From IMG/VR virus record IMGVR_UViG_3300037189_010507, positions 1 through 64,000 of that record: 64,000 nucleotides of DNA. The stretch is one strand, 5' to 3'. Below the pieces are notes generated by a model, which searched no databases, was not told the origin of the DNA, and saw only the letters and a list, made by a program, of their open reading frames with translations. Below, in pieces: positions 24,980 through 34,578 of the stretch. The stretch's first letter is position 1, and the number at the start of each line of letters is the position of its first letter. Origin of the DNA: a virus. Both the position numbers and the translations under genes were made by a program.

Positions 24980-25004
24980 TGGGGATAGAATTACTCTATC
25001 CCCA
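24980..25004 (-). terminator. Terminator-like hairpin
   Basis: TGGGGATAGA...TCTATCCCCA. Confidence 0.55.
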
Positions 25005-25028
25005 CACGTCATTTTTTCTATTGAATAA

Positions 25029-25613
25029 TTAAACAGTCCAAGAACTTGTTTGATTGTTTAGATTAATGATTTCTTCTGCTTTTTTGACAGCATTATTGTA
25101 TTCATTAAGTTCATTAATAAACTCTTGACGTAGACTTTCGCGCATAATATCTTTTGTTTGTTCAACAATTGCATCATGAATTTCTGCTTCCATCTTTCGC
25201 TTTTCACGGCGTTCTAAAGCTTTGGCAATGTCATCTACAATTTCAGTATCTTTAAGCAAGAAATATCTCAATGCATCACGCATAACTTCAGTTGCAGCTT
25301 CAGCAGTTGTGCAAGTTGAAAGTGGACTGTAATTGTGAAGCAATGTTTGAATTTCATCTTCAACATTTGGCATTTCAACATATGAACTCAAATCTACATG
25401 CTGTAGATAATCATCAATGTCAAACCAATCTGACATATAGGATCTAATATCATCTGTAATGTCGAGTTCTTGCACAATGTCATTTTTAAGATCATCTTTG
25501 AACTCATCAGTGATTGAATCTTTGATATTATCTTTGATTGCATCAGCAACCGTATCAATAATTTCTGATACTGAAGTTTGTGAAAGCTTAATGCTTACAT
25601 TTTCTAATTCCAT
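25029..25613 (-). CDS. Acidic coiled-coil hypothetical protein
   Basis: 194 aa ORF. Confidence 0.7.
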   Translation of the reverse strand: MELENVSIKLSQTSVSEIIDTVADAIKDNIKDSITDEFKDDLKNDIVQELDITDDIRSYMSDWFDIDDYLQHVDLSSYVEMPNVEDEIQTLLHNYSPLSTCTTAEAATEVMRDALRYFLLKDTEIVDDIAKALERREKRKMEAEIHDAIVEQTKDIMRESLRQEFINELNEYNNAVKKAEEIINLNNQTSSWTV

Positions 25614-25631
25614 TTTATTTACTCTTTCTTG

Positions 25632-25991
25632 TTAGTAACTGTCAATGATATTTGTTGCGTAGTCCCAAAGATATGAATTACTTGGAACATTTACTTCTGC
25701 GTGGTCAAACCAATCAGAATAATGATAAGTCAATTGCAAAAGATCACCATCATCATCAAGTTTTGCTTCAAGCCAATCGGCAGGACCACCTGTTGAGAAA
25801 AGAATTTTAATAACCTTAAAAGAACTAATCTCCAATGCGAGATTATTAAGTTCTTCTACTGCTTCTTCAACCTTTTCACCATAAGATTCAACGTCAGAAA
25901 TAATGTCATTGATTTCTTCAATCTGAACACTACGGTCTAACATTTTCTCATAGACTAACTCAGCGCAAGTCTTTTTATCTACTGTACTCAT
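25632..25991 (-). CDS. Hypothetical protein (STGGP...YxDWF motif)
   Basis: ORF with conserved-looking motif. Confidence 0.7.
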   Translation of the reverse strand: MSTVDKKTCAELVYEKMLDRSVQIEEINDIISDVESYGEKVEEAVEELNNLALEISSFKVIKILFSTGGPADWLEAKLDDDGDLLQLTYHYSDWFDHAEVNVPSNSYLWDYATNIIDSY

Positions 25992-26425
25992 AGGTTTTCA
26001 TACCCTTCTATTAGTTCATTGAATTGCTCAATGTTTTTGGATTTTTCCAAAATCTGTTTAATGTTGTTAAATTGTTCTTTTACTAACTCAAACATAGAGT
26101 TAATTTTTATTTGAGAAACATATTCCTCAAATGTAATGTATTCATCATCTGGATATTTAATTTTATTGTATTGTATATCAATTGGTTTTAACCATCCGGA
26201 ACTTCTTCCGTCAAGAGAATAACCTGCGAAACCATAACTTAAAATTATATGTTCAGCTTGTATAAAAAATAATTCTTCGGCTTTCTCGAAAGCAATTTCA
26301 AAATCTTCATTGCTCATATCGTAGTACCTAGAATAATATTTAATATTTAAAGCATAATGTCCACTATGACTTTGAACACTATATTGATTTCTATAGCCTA
26401 TTACTGCTAAATAGGTATCAGCCAT
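25988..26425 (-). CDS. Hypothetical protein (GRSSGWL motif)
   Basis: Coupled ORF. Confidence 0.65.
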   Translation of the reverse strand: MADTYLAVIGYRNQYSVQSHSGHYALNIKYYSRYYDMSNEDFEIAFEKAEELFFIQAEHIILSYGFAGYSLDGRSSGWLKPIDIQYNKIKYPDDEYITFEEYVSQIKINSMFELVKEQFNNIKQILEKSKNIEQFNELIEGYENL

Positions 26426-26686
26426 CTTTTTTCTTCTTTCTCTTCAGCTGCTTTTTCTTTTTAGAAAGAAAAGGCACAGCCAAATGTTTTTTAATTTCTG
26501 AAACTTTGACTCTTACATCAAAGTTAAGATTTTCATCCATTTTCAAACTTTTCAATTTCACTATAAGTGTAAGAGATATTTCCAATAAAATTAGAAATAC
26601 TGTTTCTTTCTTCTAGCAAGTCAGCAATTTGCCTTGCTTCACTTAATGATTCAAGTTCGAGAATAGTTTCATTAATAACTTTAATT

Positions 26687-26983
26687 TTAAATTTTGTTGT
26701 TATCATTAGTTTTTACTACCTTAATAGAAACATCTTTGGCAATAACGCTACGTTGTGCAAGAATTTTACTTCTTTCTTTTGGAGTTGTGCCTCCCCAAAT
26801 GCCAAAAGCTTCTTCATTTTTTAAAGCATATTCCAGACATTCCGCTCTTACAGAGCAAATCTTGCAAAAAGCTTTAATTTCAGCAGATTGCTTTGCTGAA
26901 CCTTTTACCCCAGGTTCAGGGTAAAATAACTCTGTATCTTGACCAAAACATGCAGCGTTATTACGCCAAGTTTCATTATTCAT
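26687..26983 (-). CDS. whiB: WhiB-family Fe-S transcription factor
   Basis: WRNNAAC...FYP...CKICSVRAECLEYAL...GIWGGTTPKER. Confidence 0.95.
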   Translation of the reverse strand: MNNETWRNNAACFGQDTELFYPEPGVKGSAKQSAEIKAFCKICSVRAECLEYALKNEEAFGIWGGTTPKERSKILAQRSVIAKDVSIKVVKTNDNNKI

Positions 26984-27368
26984 TTATCTCCCAATATGGT
27001 AATGATTTTGATTCTTCTCTCATAACAGGCAAAACCTCAGACATAAGAAAAGAGTAATAGTCTTCAATATTAAAACCATCAGCGATTAGATTGCTAATGA
27101 TATTAGAATAGTTAAAACACAAGGCCAGGATTACTCCAAATACATTGTCTTCAACTAAAATATCTTCACTATTTTCTCCATCTTCATAGCATAGATTAAT
27201 ACACTGCATCATAAATGTCATTCTATCTTCATCAGATGTAAAATCTGTTGTAGACATAATATTTACAATTTTTTCAAGAATAAAATGTGAATCTGAACCG
27301 TCAGTCATACCGTCTGCCATTTCAGTTCTCATTTTTTCAATATGATCAAAGTCTTCTTTCTTAAACAT
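26976..27368 (-). CDS. Acidic hypothetical protein
   Basis: 130 aa ORF. Confidence 0.65.
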   Translation of the reverse strand: MFKKEDFDHIEKMRTEMADGMTDGSDSHFILEKIVNIMSTTDFTSDEDRMTFMMQCINLCYEDGENSEDILVEDNVFGVILALCFNYSNIISNLIADGFNIEDYYSFLMSEVLPVMREESKSLPYWEINE

Positions 27369-27382
27369 TTAAAACTTTCTAC

Positions 27383-27814
27383 TCAGAACAATTCGTTAAT
27401 TGCTTCGGCAAGTGAACCTGTAGCATTGTTGAAATCGTATACCTTTTCATCAGCATCATCAAATTTAATAACGCTACCAAAGATATTTTTATTTGCAATG
27501 TTAACAGCAATAGCAAGAGCAACTCTACGCCTATCTGGATGCTTACTTGGAGCTCCATCTACTTCTCCATCATCATTCAAAGGTGCAGCCCAACCTGTTG
27601 TTACAAGGCTTACATATTCGAATAGCAAATGCTTGTTTTGATTTCTAATCTCTTCAATAAGATCATATACATCTGGATTGAAATCAATAAGTACGGACTT
27701 AAGTTCTCCTTTTTCATTAGTAGAAATTCCATATGCTTTGGCATCTGTAATCTCAGGGTGAATAGCAGAGATATCAAAAATCTCATCCAATAGTGTTTCG
27801 TTTTTGTCTTTCAT
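27383..27814 (-). CDS. Hypothetical protein (TTGWAAP...PSKHPDRRRV)
   Basis: AAAGGA RBS. Confidence 0.7.
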   Translation of the reverse strand: MKDKNETLLDEIFDISAIHPEITDAKAYGISTNEKGELKSVLIDFNPDVYDLIEEIRNQNKHLLFEYVSLVTTGWAAPLNDDGEVDGAPSKHPDRRRVALAIAVNIANKNIFGSVIKFDDADEKVYDFNNATGSLAEAINELF

Positions 27815-27835
27815 TTTGTTTTCCTTTTTTTGTTG

Positions 27836-28423
27836 TTATTTTTTGTTTGAATCGAAAAGATACTCTGTATCAAATTCGTTTTCGATTAGGTCAGCTTGAT
27901 ATGATTCTACACATTCGCCATTAATCCAAATGTTCTTTCCACAGAAACCCATTCCTTCTTCTTGATAATAAAGACAGAATAAAAGGTTTGGGTAATCAAT
28001 TGCAATTTTTTCAAATGCTTCAATAGGTGGAGACCAAGCAGTTGAAAAATCAAAATCAATTTCAATACGCCCTCTTGAAAGAATAGGAGTATTGAAAAAC
28101 AAATCACTTTCTGGCCATTTAGTTCCCCATTTCTCAACTCGCCATTGATACCAATCAGGATAACCAAATTTTTCAATATTAACTTTTTGAGTATCGTTAT
28201 GCACAATAGGAGCATCACCAATTAACAAATCTGTAGGTGTTGGATAAAGATTTTCCAAAAGAGTAATATCAATTTTCCCGTGTTGAAATTCTTCAAGAAC
28301 AACTTTTGTTGTTTCTACTACATTATTGTTTTGATCAAGTTTACGAGAAATGATACTAAGAAATTGCATCATATCTTTCTCTTCACCATAAACATATAAA
28401 TTATTTGAGCACCAATTAGGCAT
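27836..28423 (-). CDS. DUF1281/YubB ferredoxin-like protein
   Basis: MPNWCSN...WYQWRVEKWGTKW...FSTAWSPP...YQEEGMGFCG. Confidence 0.8.
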   Translation of the reverse strand: MPNWCSNNLYVYGEEKDMMQFLSIISRKLDQNNNVVETTKVVLEEFQHGKIDITLLENLYPTPTDLLIGDAPIVHNDTQKVNIEKFGYPDWYQWRVEKWGTKWPESDLFFNTPILSRGRIEIDFDFSTAWSPPIEAFEKIAIDYPNLLFCLYYQEEGMGFCGKNIWINGECVESYQADLIENEFDTEYLFDSNKK

Positions 28424-28872
28424 CTTGTTCTACTTTCTTATTGTTGTTTTTATTTGCACATTCATAACAGATGTTTGTGATATCATCAAGGCAACCCAAA
28501 ATCCAAGCATCAATGCCTGACCAAACGATATTTTCTTTGGTATCACATTCTTTACATTTACTCACTATCTTCTTCTTTCTTAAATAAATCATCCCAAGAT
28601 GATTTTACATACTTGACATTTCCTTTTTCATCAACATATGCTGTAAGCACCATTGTTGCACTAAAAAGTGCTGTATCGTTATTTTGTTCTTCCATTTTAT
28701 TTTTCCTTGTTTAGTTGTTTAAGAATCCAAACCGCTTTTAAAAAGTTTGGGTGATCTTGATTATTAATTGCTAGATTACGATTGAGCCATCCAATATCCT
28801 TTTTTCTTTGGTTTGGAACATCCATACCAATAAGGACATTTTGAAGTTCATCTATTAATTGTTCTTTATCCA

Positions 28873-29157
28873 TTAAAATTCATCATCCTCATCTATATCC
28901 ATAGGATCATCTCCCATTTCACATTTACCACATAAAATATCTGACCCCCACCAAGATCCAATAAAAGTTCCATGAATACAATATTGTGAACGGTCATTTC
29001 TATCCCAATCCCATTCATCACCGTATTCATAATCATCATCTATTGGCTTAGATAGATCATTAATATTTCTTGTTAAAGAATCAAAAGCAGCATCAATTTC
29101 TTCATACTTACTTTGATTATTTTCAACATACTTCATGTATTCTTCATAGTTATTCAT
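28873..29157 (-). CDS. Hypothetical zinc-binding protein
   Basis: CIHG...CGKCE. Confidence 0.6.
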   Translation of the reverse strand: MNNYEEYMKYVENNQSKYEEIDAAFDSLTRNINDLSKPIDDDYEYGDEWDWDRNDRSQYCIHGTFIGSWWGSDILCGKCEMGDDPMDIDEDDEF

Positions 29158-29159
29158 TT

Positions 29160-29423
29160 TTATCCTTTTATATTGCTTTCCCAATTTGTTGTAAAACGGA
29201 ACACTATTTTAGTTTCAAGACCAGTAATCTTTTTAACCGTAATGTATCCATTTTCTACGTCTAATAACAAATCACAGTTCTGACATTCATATTCTTCCCA
29301 TTCTGCCATTTCAGACTTAATTTCTGAAGAAGGATATATAATATTTTCACTGCTATCTATAAAAGTTAAATCTTCTAATTTACAAATTGGGCATTTATTA
29401 ATCATTAACATTTTAATCCTCAA
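29160..29423 (-). CDS. Hypothetical zinc-ribbon protein
   Basis: CPIC...CQNC. Confidence 0.55.
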   Translation of the reverse strand: MRIKMLMINKCPICKLEDLTFIDSSENIIYPSSEIKSEMAEWEEYECQNCDLLLDVENGYITVKKITGLETKIVFRFTTNWESNIKG

Positions 29424-30102
29424 ATAAATTTAATTGATTAGGGTTATATTGTCTTGTAGGAATTGGCTCAAGATCATTACGTTCAATAAACTCAGTCCAA
29501 CCATCAATGTTTTCTTTGTTCCAATATTGAATGTTATAGACAGCCATTAGAATATCTTCATCTTTTGGATAAATTCCAGCATCTGGACATAACTCCACAT
29601 TCATATTCATCGCTAATTCGTTATAGATAAAATCAGCCCAATTAGAATCAGAAGTATCAATTAAATCTAAAAGATAACTTGGGAGTTCCTTTATGGATTC
29701 AATTACATTTTCATATTCTTTGTCAAAGTAATCACTCTCATTAGCAACTGAATCTTCCATTAATTTTTCTTGCCATTCCATAGCAGCAATAAAAGCAGGA
29801 CTAATATTGCTTTCTGTAACGTCACTTTCTGATAAAAGAATACGGCAAACTAAACGATCAATTGAGCCTACAACCCAATGCCTATAAGTTTCAATTCTAA
29901 AATCACCAGGAAATCTTTTCATTAAATCTTTGCTGATAACTTCAAAGTTTGACTTTTCGAGAATACTTTGAGCAGTATCATCAATTCCAGAAAAACCCCA
30001 AGTTTTAAACATATCTTCAGGCCCCCAATAACCAAAATCTTCTGGTTTTTTCAAAGCCATAGTTGCAAGTTCTTCAATATTGTAATGCGAAATATCAATC
30101 AT
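29413..30102 (-). CDS. Hypothetical protein
   Basis: 229 aa; SNF...HWVVG motif. Confidence 0.7.
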   Translation of the reverse strand: MIDISHYNIEELATMALKKPEDFGYWGPEDMFKTWGFSGIDDTAQSILEKSNFEVISKDLMKRFPGDFRIETYRHWVVGSIDRLVCRILLSESDVTESNISPAFIAAMEWQEKLMEDSVANESDYFDKEYENVIESIKELPSYLLDLIDTSDSNWADFIYNELAMNMNVELCPDAGIYPKDEDILMAVYNIQYWNKENIDGWTEFIERNDLEPIPTRQYNPNQLNLFED

Positions 30103-30421
30103 TTTGTTTTCCCAATTCTTTCAATGCTTCCTCATCCCAATGACTAGGAAGACTTCTTTCAATTTCGTAAGCGTAATCGTCAGCGTCTGAATTATCGAGA
30201 TCCCAATAGATACAAACTTCTCCATACCTACCAAAATCATGATTGAACCATTTAATTTTAAATGATACACCTCTTGAATTGGCATCTGGAAACATTCTAT
30301 AAAGCTGATTCACATACTCATCCATTTCCTTTTTAGCAAGAGCAGGGTAATTCAAATCTCCAATTTGAATACAATCTTCTTCATAAGGAGTTGGACCAAT
30401 TTCCATATATTCAATATTCAT
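30095..30421 (-). CDS. Hypothetical protein (GPTPYEEDC...HDFG)
   Basis: GAAAGG RBS. Confidence 0.7.
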   Translation of the reverse strand: MNIEYMEIGPTPYEEDCIQIGDLNYPALAKKEMDEYVNQLYRMFPDANSRGVSFKIKWFNHDFGRYGEVCIYWDLDNSDADDYAYEIERSLPSHWDEEALKELGKQND

Positions 30422-30542
30422 TACATATACCTTTCATCTCTATTTTTTACTACTTCTTGTTCCATACATTGAGTGCAAACTGAATCATCAGGTAATTCTT
30501 CATAAACAGCCTCACAGTTTTTACAAATATACATTGCTACCC

Positions 30543-30848
30543 CTATTCGTATTTTGTTTCAATACAATGAACACAAGGTTGACCTTGTTCCATTTCTTCA
30601 CATTCGCACTCATCTTCATCAATAGCAGAAAACATTTCTTCCCAGCAATTTGGATGAGTTCCTGAAATCATAACTTCTCGAAGTTCTTTTGACAAAAAAG
30701 GAAATACATCTTGAATGTATTCATTATTTAGAATCAGTCTTTCATATTCATCAAAAGACAAATAAAATTCACTCTCTTCTCCGCAATGAAAACACTTTCT
30801 GGTAAAACCATAAACATTTTCATTAATCATATAAACATTTGCTCTCAT
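30543..30848 (-). CDS. Hypothetical zinc-binding protein
   Basis: CFHCG...IQDVFP...RE.MISGTHPNCW. Confidence 0.7.
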   Translation of the reverse strand: MRANVYMINENVYGFTRKCFHCGEESEFYLSFDEYERLILNNEYIQDVFPFLSKELREVMISGTHPNCWEEMFSAIDEDECECEEMEQGQPCVHCIETKYE

Positions 30849-30849
30849 T

Positions 30850-31158
30850 TTAATTGTTCCCTTCAGGATAAATAGTTAATAATGCTTGATACCTTTTTAC
30901 AAAGGTTGGATTTTCCCAAGCCAAAGAGCCAGGTTTTGCGTTAGGCAAATCTGGAAGTTCTTCGCGATGAATATGGATTGACATTCCATTAATAATAACG
31001 GAAAGTCTATAACCAAGATAAGAAGCAAAGTCTTCTAAAGCTTCTTCAATTGTTTGAAAATATTTAATTTCTCCATCTTGATTTCGAGTTGAATAATTAG
31101 TTTCTTCTTGAAACATCATTTCATCTTCATTCATTTCCATTCTCCATTGTGTAATCAT
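30850..31158 (-). CDS. Hypothetical protein
   Basis: ORF in run; start uncertain. Confidence 0.6.
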   Translation of the reverse strand: MITQWRMEMNEDEMMFQEETNYSTRNQDGEIKYFQTIEEALEDFASYLGYRLSVIINGMSIHIHREELPDLPNAKPGSLAWENPTFVKRYQALLTIYPEGNN

Positions 31159-31399
31159 TACTTACATCTTCATTAATCATAAAGACTCTTTCTTCCATTT
31201 TTTTATCAATGCAATCATCACAGATCCAAATTACCATTTCAGTTAAGTCATATCTTGAACCATAACTACCTTGTAGGGTAACTTCAATTGCAAAATCTAA
31301 TTCAAATAGAACTCTTATTGATCCATCTCTAAGACTAATTAAATCTATTTTATGTTCTATTTGTTTTCCACAAGAAAAACAAGGACAGGGTGTATACAT
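31127..31399 (-). CDS. Hypothetical zinc-binding protein
   Basis: CFSCG...YGSRYD...ICDDC. Confidence 0.65.
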   Translation of the reverse strand: MYTPCPCFSCGKQIEHKIDLISLRDGSIRVLFELDFAIEVTLQGSYGSRYDLTEMVIWICDDCIDKKMEERVFMINEDVSNDYTMENGNE

Positions 31400-31734
31400 T
31401 ATCTCATCTCCAAAAATTGAGGGTATTGCTTATAAAATAAAAATGTTTTGATTTGATAATTAACCATTTGATGAACATAGTTAGATGCAATATGAATTCT
31501 TAACTCATCTCCCATCTTGGCTTTACTACCAAGATTTTTCATAACTTGATTTTTAACTCTTGAATGGAAAAAACATTCGCGTCCTTTTTTAATTTCAAAA
31601 GTATTGATCACTTTAACTATCTCTCTACCAATTTTTTTATTAGTAGCAACATCACCAGTGCCGTAATCAGCATTGATAAATATTTTTTTCTCTACGTCAT
31701 TTATAGAAAAACTAACCATTTCTTCAGTCTTCAT
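31399..31734 (-). CDS. Hypothetical protein
   Basis: AGGAG RBS before MKTEE. Confidence 0.6.
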   Translation of the reverse strand: MKTEEMVSFSINDVEKKIFINADYGTGDVATNKKIGREIVKVINTFEIKKGRECFFHSRVKNQVMKNLGSKAKMGDELRIHIASNYVHQMVNYQIKTFLFYKQYPQFLEMR

Positions 31735-31834
31735 TTTCTTTACTCCTATATTCGTAAATACATTCAATAACGGCTACATAACCGAAACAAATAAAAGGTG
31801 TCATTGCGACACCAAATATCAACCAATCAATCAT
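31724..31834 (-). CDS. 36-aa single-TM protein (paralog of 32012..32107)
   Basis: MIDWLIFGVAMTPFICFGYVAVIECIYEYRSKENED. Confidence 0.65.
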   Translation of the reverse strand: MIDWLIFGVAMTPFICFGYVAVIECIYEYRSKENED

Positions 31835-32010
31835 TTGGTTTCCTTATCTTTAACTTCTTCATAATAAGCTGCCCAAGACAAATCATCTTGAACAGCTTTT
31901 AACTTCATTAACACTTTTATATATTCATTTGGAAAAGCAAACTTACTTTCGCTTTTTGCAAACTCATCTACAAGTTTTGTTACAGTGTCATACATTTCAT
32001 TAAAGTTCAT
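31831..32010 (-). CDS. Hypothetical protein
   Basis: AGGAG RBS before MNFNE. Confidence 0.6.
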   Translation of the reverse strand: MNFNEMYDTVTKLVDEFAKSESKFAFPNEYIKVLMKLKAVQDDLSWAAYYEEVKDKETK

Positions 32011-32011
32011 T

Positions 32012-32107
32012 TCAACTCCTATATTCATCAATGCATTCAATTATTAATGCAATACTAACTGCAATAAAAGGTATCATTACGACACCAAATACTAACCATT
32101 CAATCAT
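32012..32107 (-). CDS. 31-aa single-TM protein
   Basis: MIEWLVFGVVMIPFIAVSIALIIECIDEYRS; AAAGGA RBS. Confidence 0.65.
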   Translation of the reverse strand: MIEWLVFGVVMIPFIAVSIALIIECIDEYRS

Positions 32108-32300
32108 TTTTTATTTTCCTTTTTGTTTCTAACTCTTTTGCAAGCTTTACATTCTTTTCCAATACATACCATTTTATGTTGATGACATACAATACATATT
32201 TTTTCTTCAGGAAAAAACTTTTCAAAAGCTTCACCACATTCAATGCATCTAACCAACTTCATTTCTTACTTTCCTTTTTCTTTTTGGTCTATCTATTATT

Positions 32301-32543
32301 TCAACCATTTTGATCTCCATAACCATCTATAATGTCTGCTCTTGTATTTAGACTTTTCAATTCGTCTTTACGAACCCAAAAGTAATTACATTTGTGAAGT
32401 AAAGCCGGAGTATAAATCTTACGAAATTCTCTTTCTCTTTCGTCAAGCCCCATCCGATTACATACTTCATCTAAGCAATAATCGTAACCAGCTTCAAATC
32501 TTTCTTCAATAAATTCTTGTTCACAGAATTTACAAATTGCCAT
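32301..32543 (-). CDS. Small zinc-finger protein
   Basis: CKFC...ER.EAGY.YCL..C...HKCNY. Confidence 0.65.
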   Translation of the reverse strand: MAICKFCEQEFIEERFEAGYDYCLDEVCNRMGLDEREREFRKIYTPALLHKCNYFWVRKDELKSLNTRADIIDGYGDQNG

Positions 32544-32743
32544 TATTCATCTCCATTGTGATTTCTCCAACCATTGCTGAATTCTTCTTTTGCTTGTTTC
32601 TTTGTTTCAATGACTAAACTAACTAAAATTAGAAGTCGATGATTTTCAAATTGTTTTTGATTGATTAATCCTTTTGCCAAATCATTTTGGATTTTATCCA
32701 AACGATTAGTTGCTCTTTTGATTTTGTTTTCTTCTTGTTCCAT
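32543..32743 (-). CDS. Hypothetical protein
   Basis: Coupled ORF with RBS. Confidence 0.55.
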   Translation of the reverse strand: MEQEENKIKRATNRLDKIQNDLAKGLINQKQFENHRLLILVSLVIETKKQAKEEFSNGWRNHNGDE

Positions 32744-32891
32744 TTTCTTTTTCCTTTTGATTTTGTATTATTCCAAATAACACATCATTTATTTTTTTCA
32801 TCTCATCATTCTTCTTTTGAAGAAGTTTGATTTTATTTTCCAAGTTTTCTATCATCATTAATAGAATTGTTTCATTTGAATTTGGATGCAT
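32706..32891 (-). CDS. Coiled-coil hypothetical protein
   Basis: ORF with GAAGG RBS. Confidence 0.5.
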   Translation of the reverse strand: MHPNSNETILLMMIENLENKIKLLQKKNDEMKKINDVLFGIIQNQKEKENGTRRKQNQKSN

Positions 32892-33191
32892 TTATATACC
32901 TTCAATGATTAGAGTAATTTTTTTCTTATCTTTTGACCAACGATGATGTACTTCTATGTTGTTATACAAACAAGATTTTTTAACAGCTTTAAGAATTAAT
33001 TTTCTATCTTCTTCTTTTGTTCCGTCAATTTCAATGTCAATCTTTTCTCCAACTCGCATAGTTGAAATCTTTTTATGAAACATTTTTTCAAGTTCTGTTA
33101 CAAACTTTAGACCAACTTTTTTGTGGTTATAAGCTTCAACTTTGTTTACTTTTTCTATCACTTTTATTCTTTCTTTTTTGTGCCTACTCAA
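32892..33191 (-). CDS. Basic hypothetical protein
   Basis: 99 aa Lys-rich ORF. Confidence 0.55.
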   Translation of the reverse strand: MSRHKKERIKVIEKVNKVEAYNHKKVGLKFVTELEKMFHKKISTMRVGEKIDIEIDGTKEEDRKLILKAVKKSCLYNNIEVHHRWSKDKKKITLIIEGI

Positions 33192-33260
33192 TGAAAAATG
33201 GGATAGTAAACACTATCCCATTTCCCATCTTTTTCTTATCTTTATGACGTAAGTAATTAC

Positions 33261-33668
33261 TTACTCAGAATCAATTGTTGTATACAGTTCTTCAACATTT
33301 TGATAATGAGGAAGAATAACAATTTCACAATCACCATAATCAAGCTGACGAATTGTGTAACTATCTTGCGTAATCAAAACTTGAAGCATTTCTAATTGGT
33401 AAATGCGTAACTCATCTCGATGTTCTTTACTCAATCTTGCAGCATAATCATAATGCTCAATATTGATCAAACGCAAATTCTTAATACTTTTACGAATTTC
33501 CATTCGAGCAAAAATCATAAGTATTTCTGAACCAGCATCATTACCCCAATAAGTTCTATCTTCCAAAGGAGTATCAAAAATAGAAGGTGTTTTTTCTACT
33601 TTTTCTCCACCAAAACCTCTTGATGGAACAATTTCACTTTCGTCAATAAATTCAAATTCCATTGTCAT
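33261..33668 (-). CDS. Hypothetical protein with FEFIDESEI N-terminal motif
   Basis: MEFEFIDESEI; FEFIDESEI identical to 12446..12760. Confidence 0.75.
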   Translation of the reverse strand: MTMEFEFIDESEIVPSRGFGGEKVEKTPSIFDTPLEDRTYWGNDAGSEILMIFARMEIRKSIKNLRLINIEHYDYAARLSKEHRDELRIYQLEMLQVLITQDSYTIRQLDYGDCEIVILPHYQNVEELYTTIDSE

Positions 33669-34186
33669 TCTCCGTCACTTTCTTCATTCTTATTAGCAAA
33701 GTATTCATTGACGCTAAGATTAGCACGTTCTAAAATCTCATCAATTGTCAAACCGTTAGGATTTGTCTTACCTTTAGGAGAAATAAATTCTTCAGGAAAA
33801 GCACCAGCAGAAGTTACAGTTGATGTAATATCAATACTTTCATCATTACTCACTTTTGCAGCAGTATGTATTTGTCCACTTGTAAGTGAACGCATACCTG
33901 AACGCCTAACTCGCATTTGACGATTACGCAATACCTTATCTGTACCGTCAGGATAAACAATAGCAGGTCTATTTTCTAACGTGCGGCGATAGTTATTCAT
34001 AAAACGCATAGCAGAACCTGAATCAATTTTCCTACCTGTATCTGTTACAAATACATATCTAACAGCCATATTTTCTGTAATCTTGATGTAATCCACAATC
34101 TTACCGAAATCTTTTACGCCATTAGATAACTGAGTATTTACCATAGCAATTACCCTAGCTTCATAATCATCATTTAGAGAAGTCAT
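33665..34186 (-). CDS. Hypothetical protein, leaderless
   Basis: TAAGGT-N6-ATG; first gene of the long - strand small-gene block. Confidence 0.7.
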   Translation of the reverse strand: MTSLNDDYEARVIAMVNTQLSNGVKDFGKIVDYIKITENMAVRYVFVTDTGRKIDSGSAMRFMNNYRRTLENRPAIVYPDGTDKVLRNRQMRVRRSGMRSLTSGQIHTAAKVSNDESIDITSTVTSAGAFPEEFISPKGKTNPNGLTIDEILERANLSVNEYFANKNEESDGE

Positions 34187-34328
34187 ACCTGAACCTTATC
34201 TTTTATGCAATACAATGCCACGTGTAATTCGTAACTCAATTGTTGCGCTATTTGTGGCATAAAGTTAGTCTATCAGTTGGGAATTGAGTTGACACGCTGG
34301 AAATTAGATTTCTTTTATATTTCTTTTA

Positions 34329-34522
34329 GATCAAAGAAAGGCGCGATTAATTGATCAGAATAGGATCGTAAAAATATTTTTTATAATATATTGAATTACA
34401 TTGGCTAGGATCTAAAAGATCAGCTTATTGACGATCTATATTGCCCGTGTAATTTTAGGGAATTTTCTCACCTAATTCACACCCCGCAATATTTTAGCAA
34501 ATAATGCAAAAATTTTAATATA
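34329..34522. promoter_or_regulatory. GATC-rich intergenic element plus degenerate array element
   Basis: Six GATC in about 110 bp; similarity to 12901-12930; GCCCGTGTAA...ACACCCCG ends 34486, TTTAAT at 34514. Confidence 0.5.
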
Positions 34523-34578
34523 TTTTTTTGGGCCTACTACGTTATTCTTATAAAACCCAAAAAGGTAAACACTTTGAC

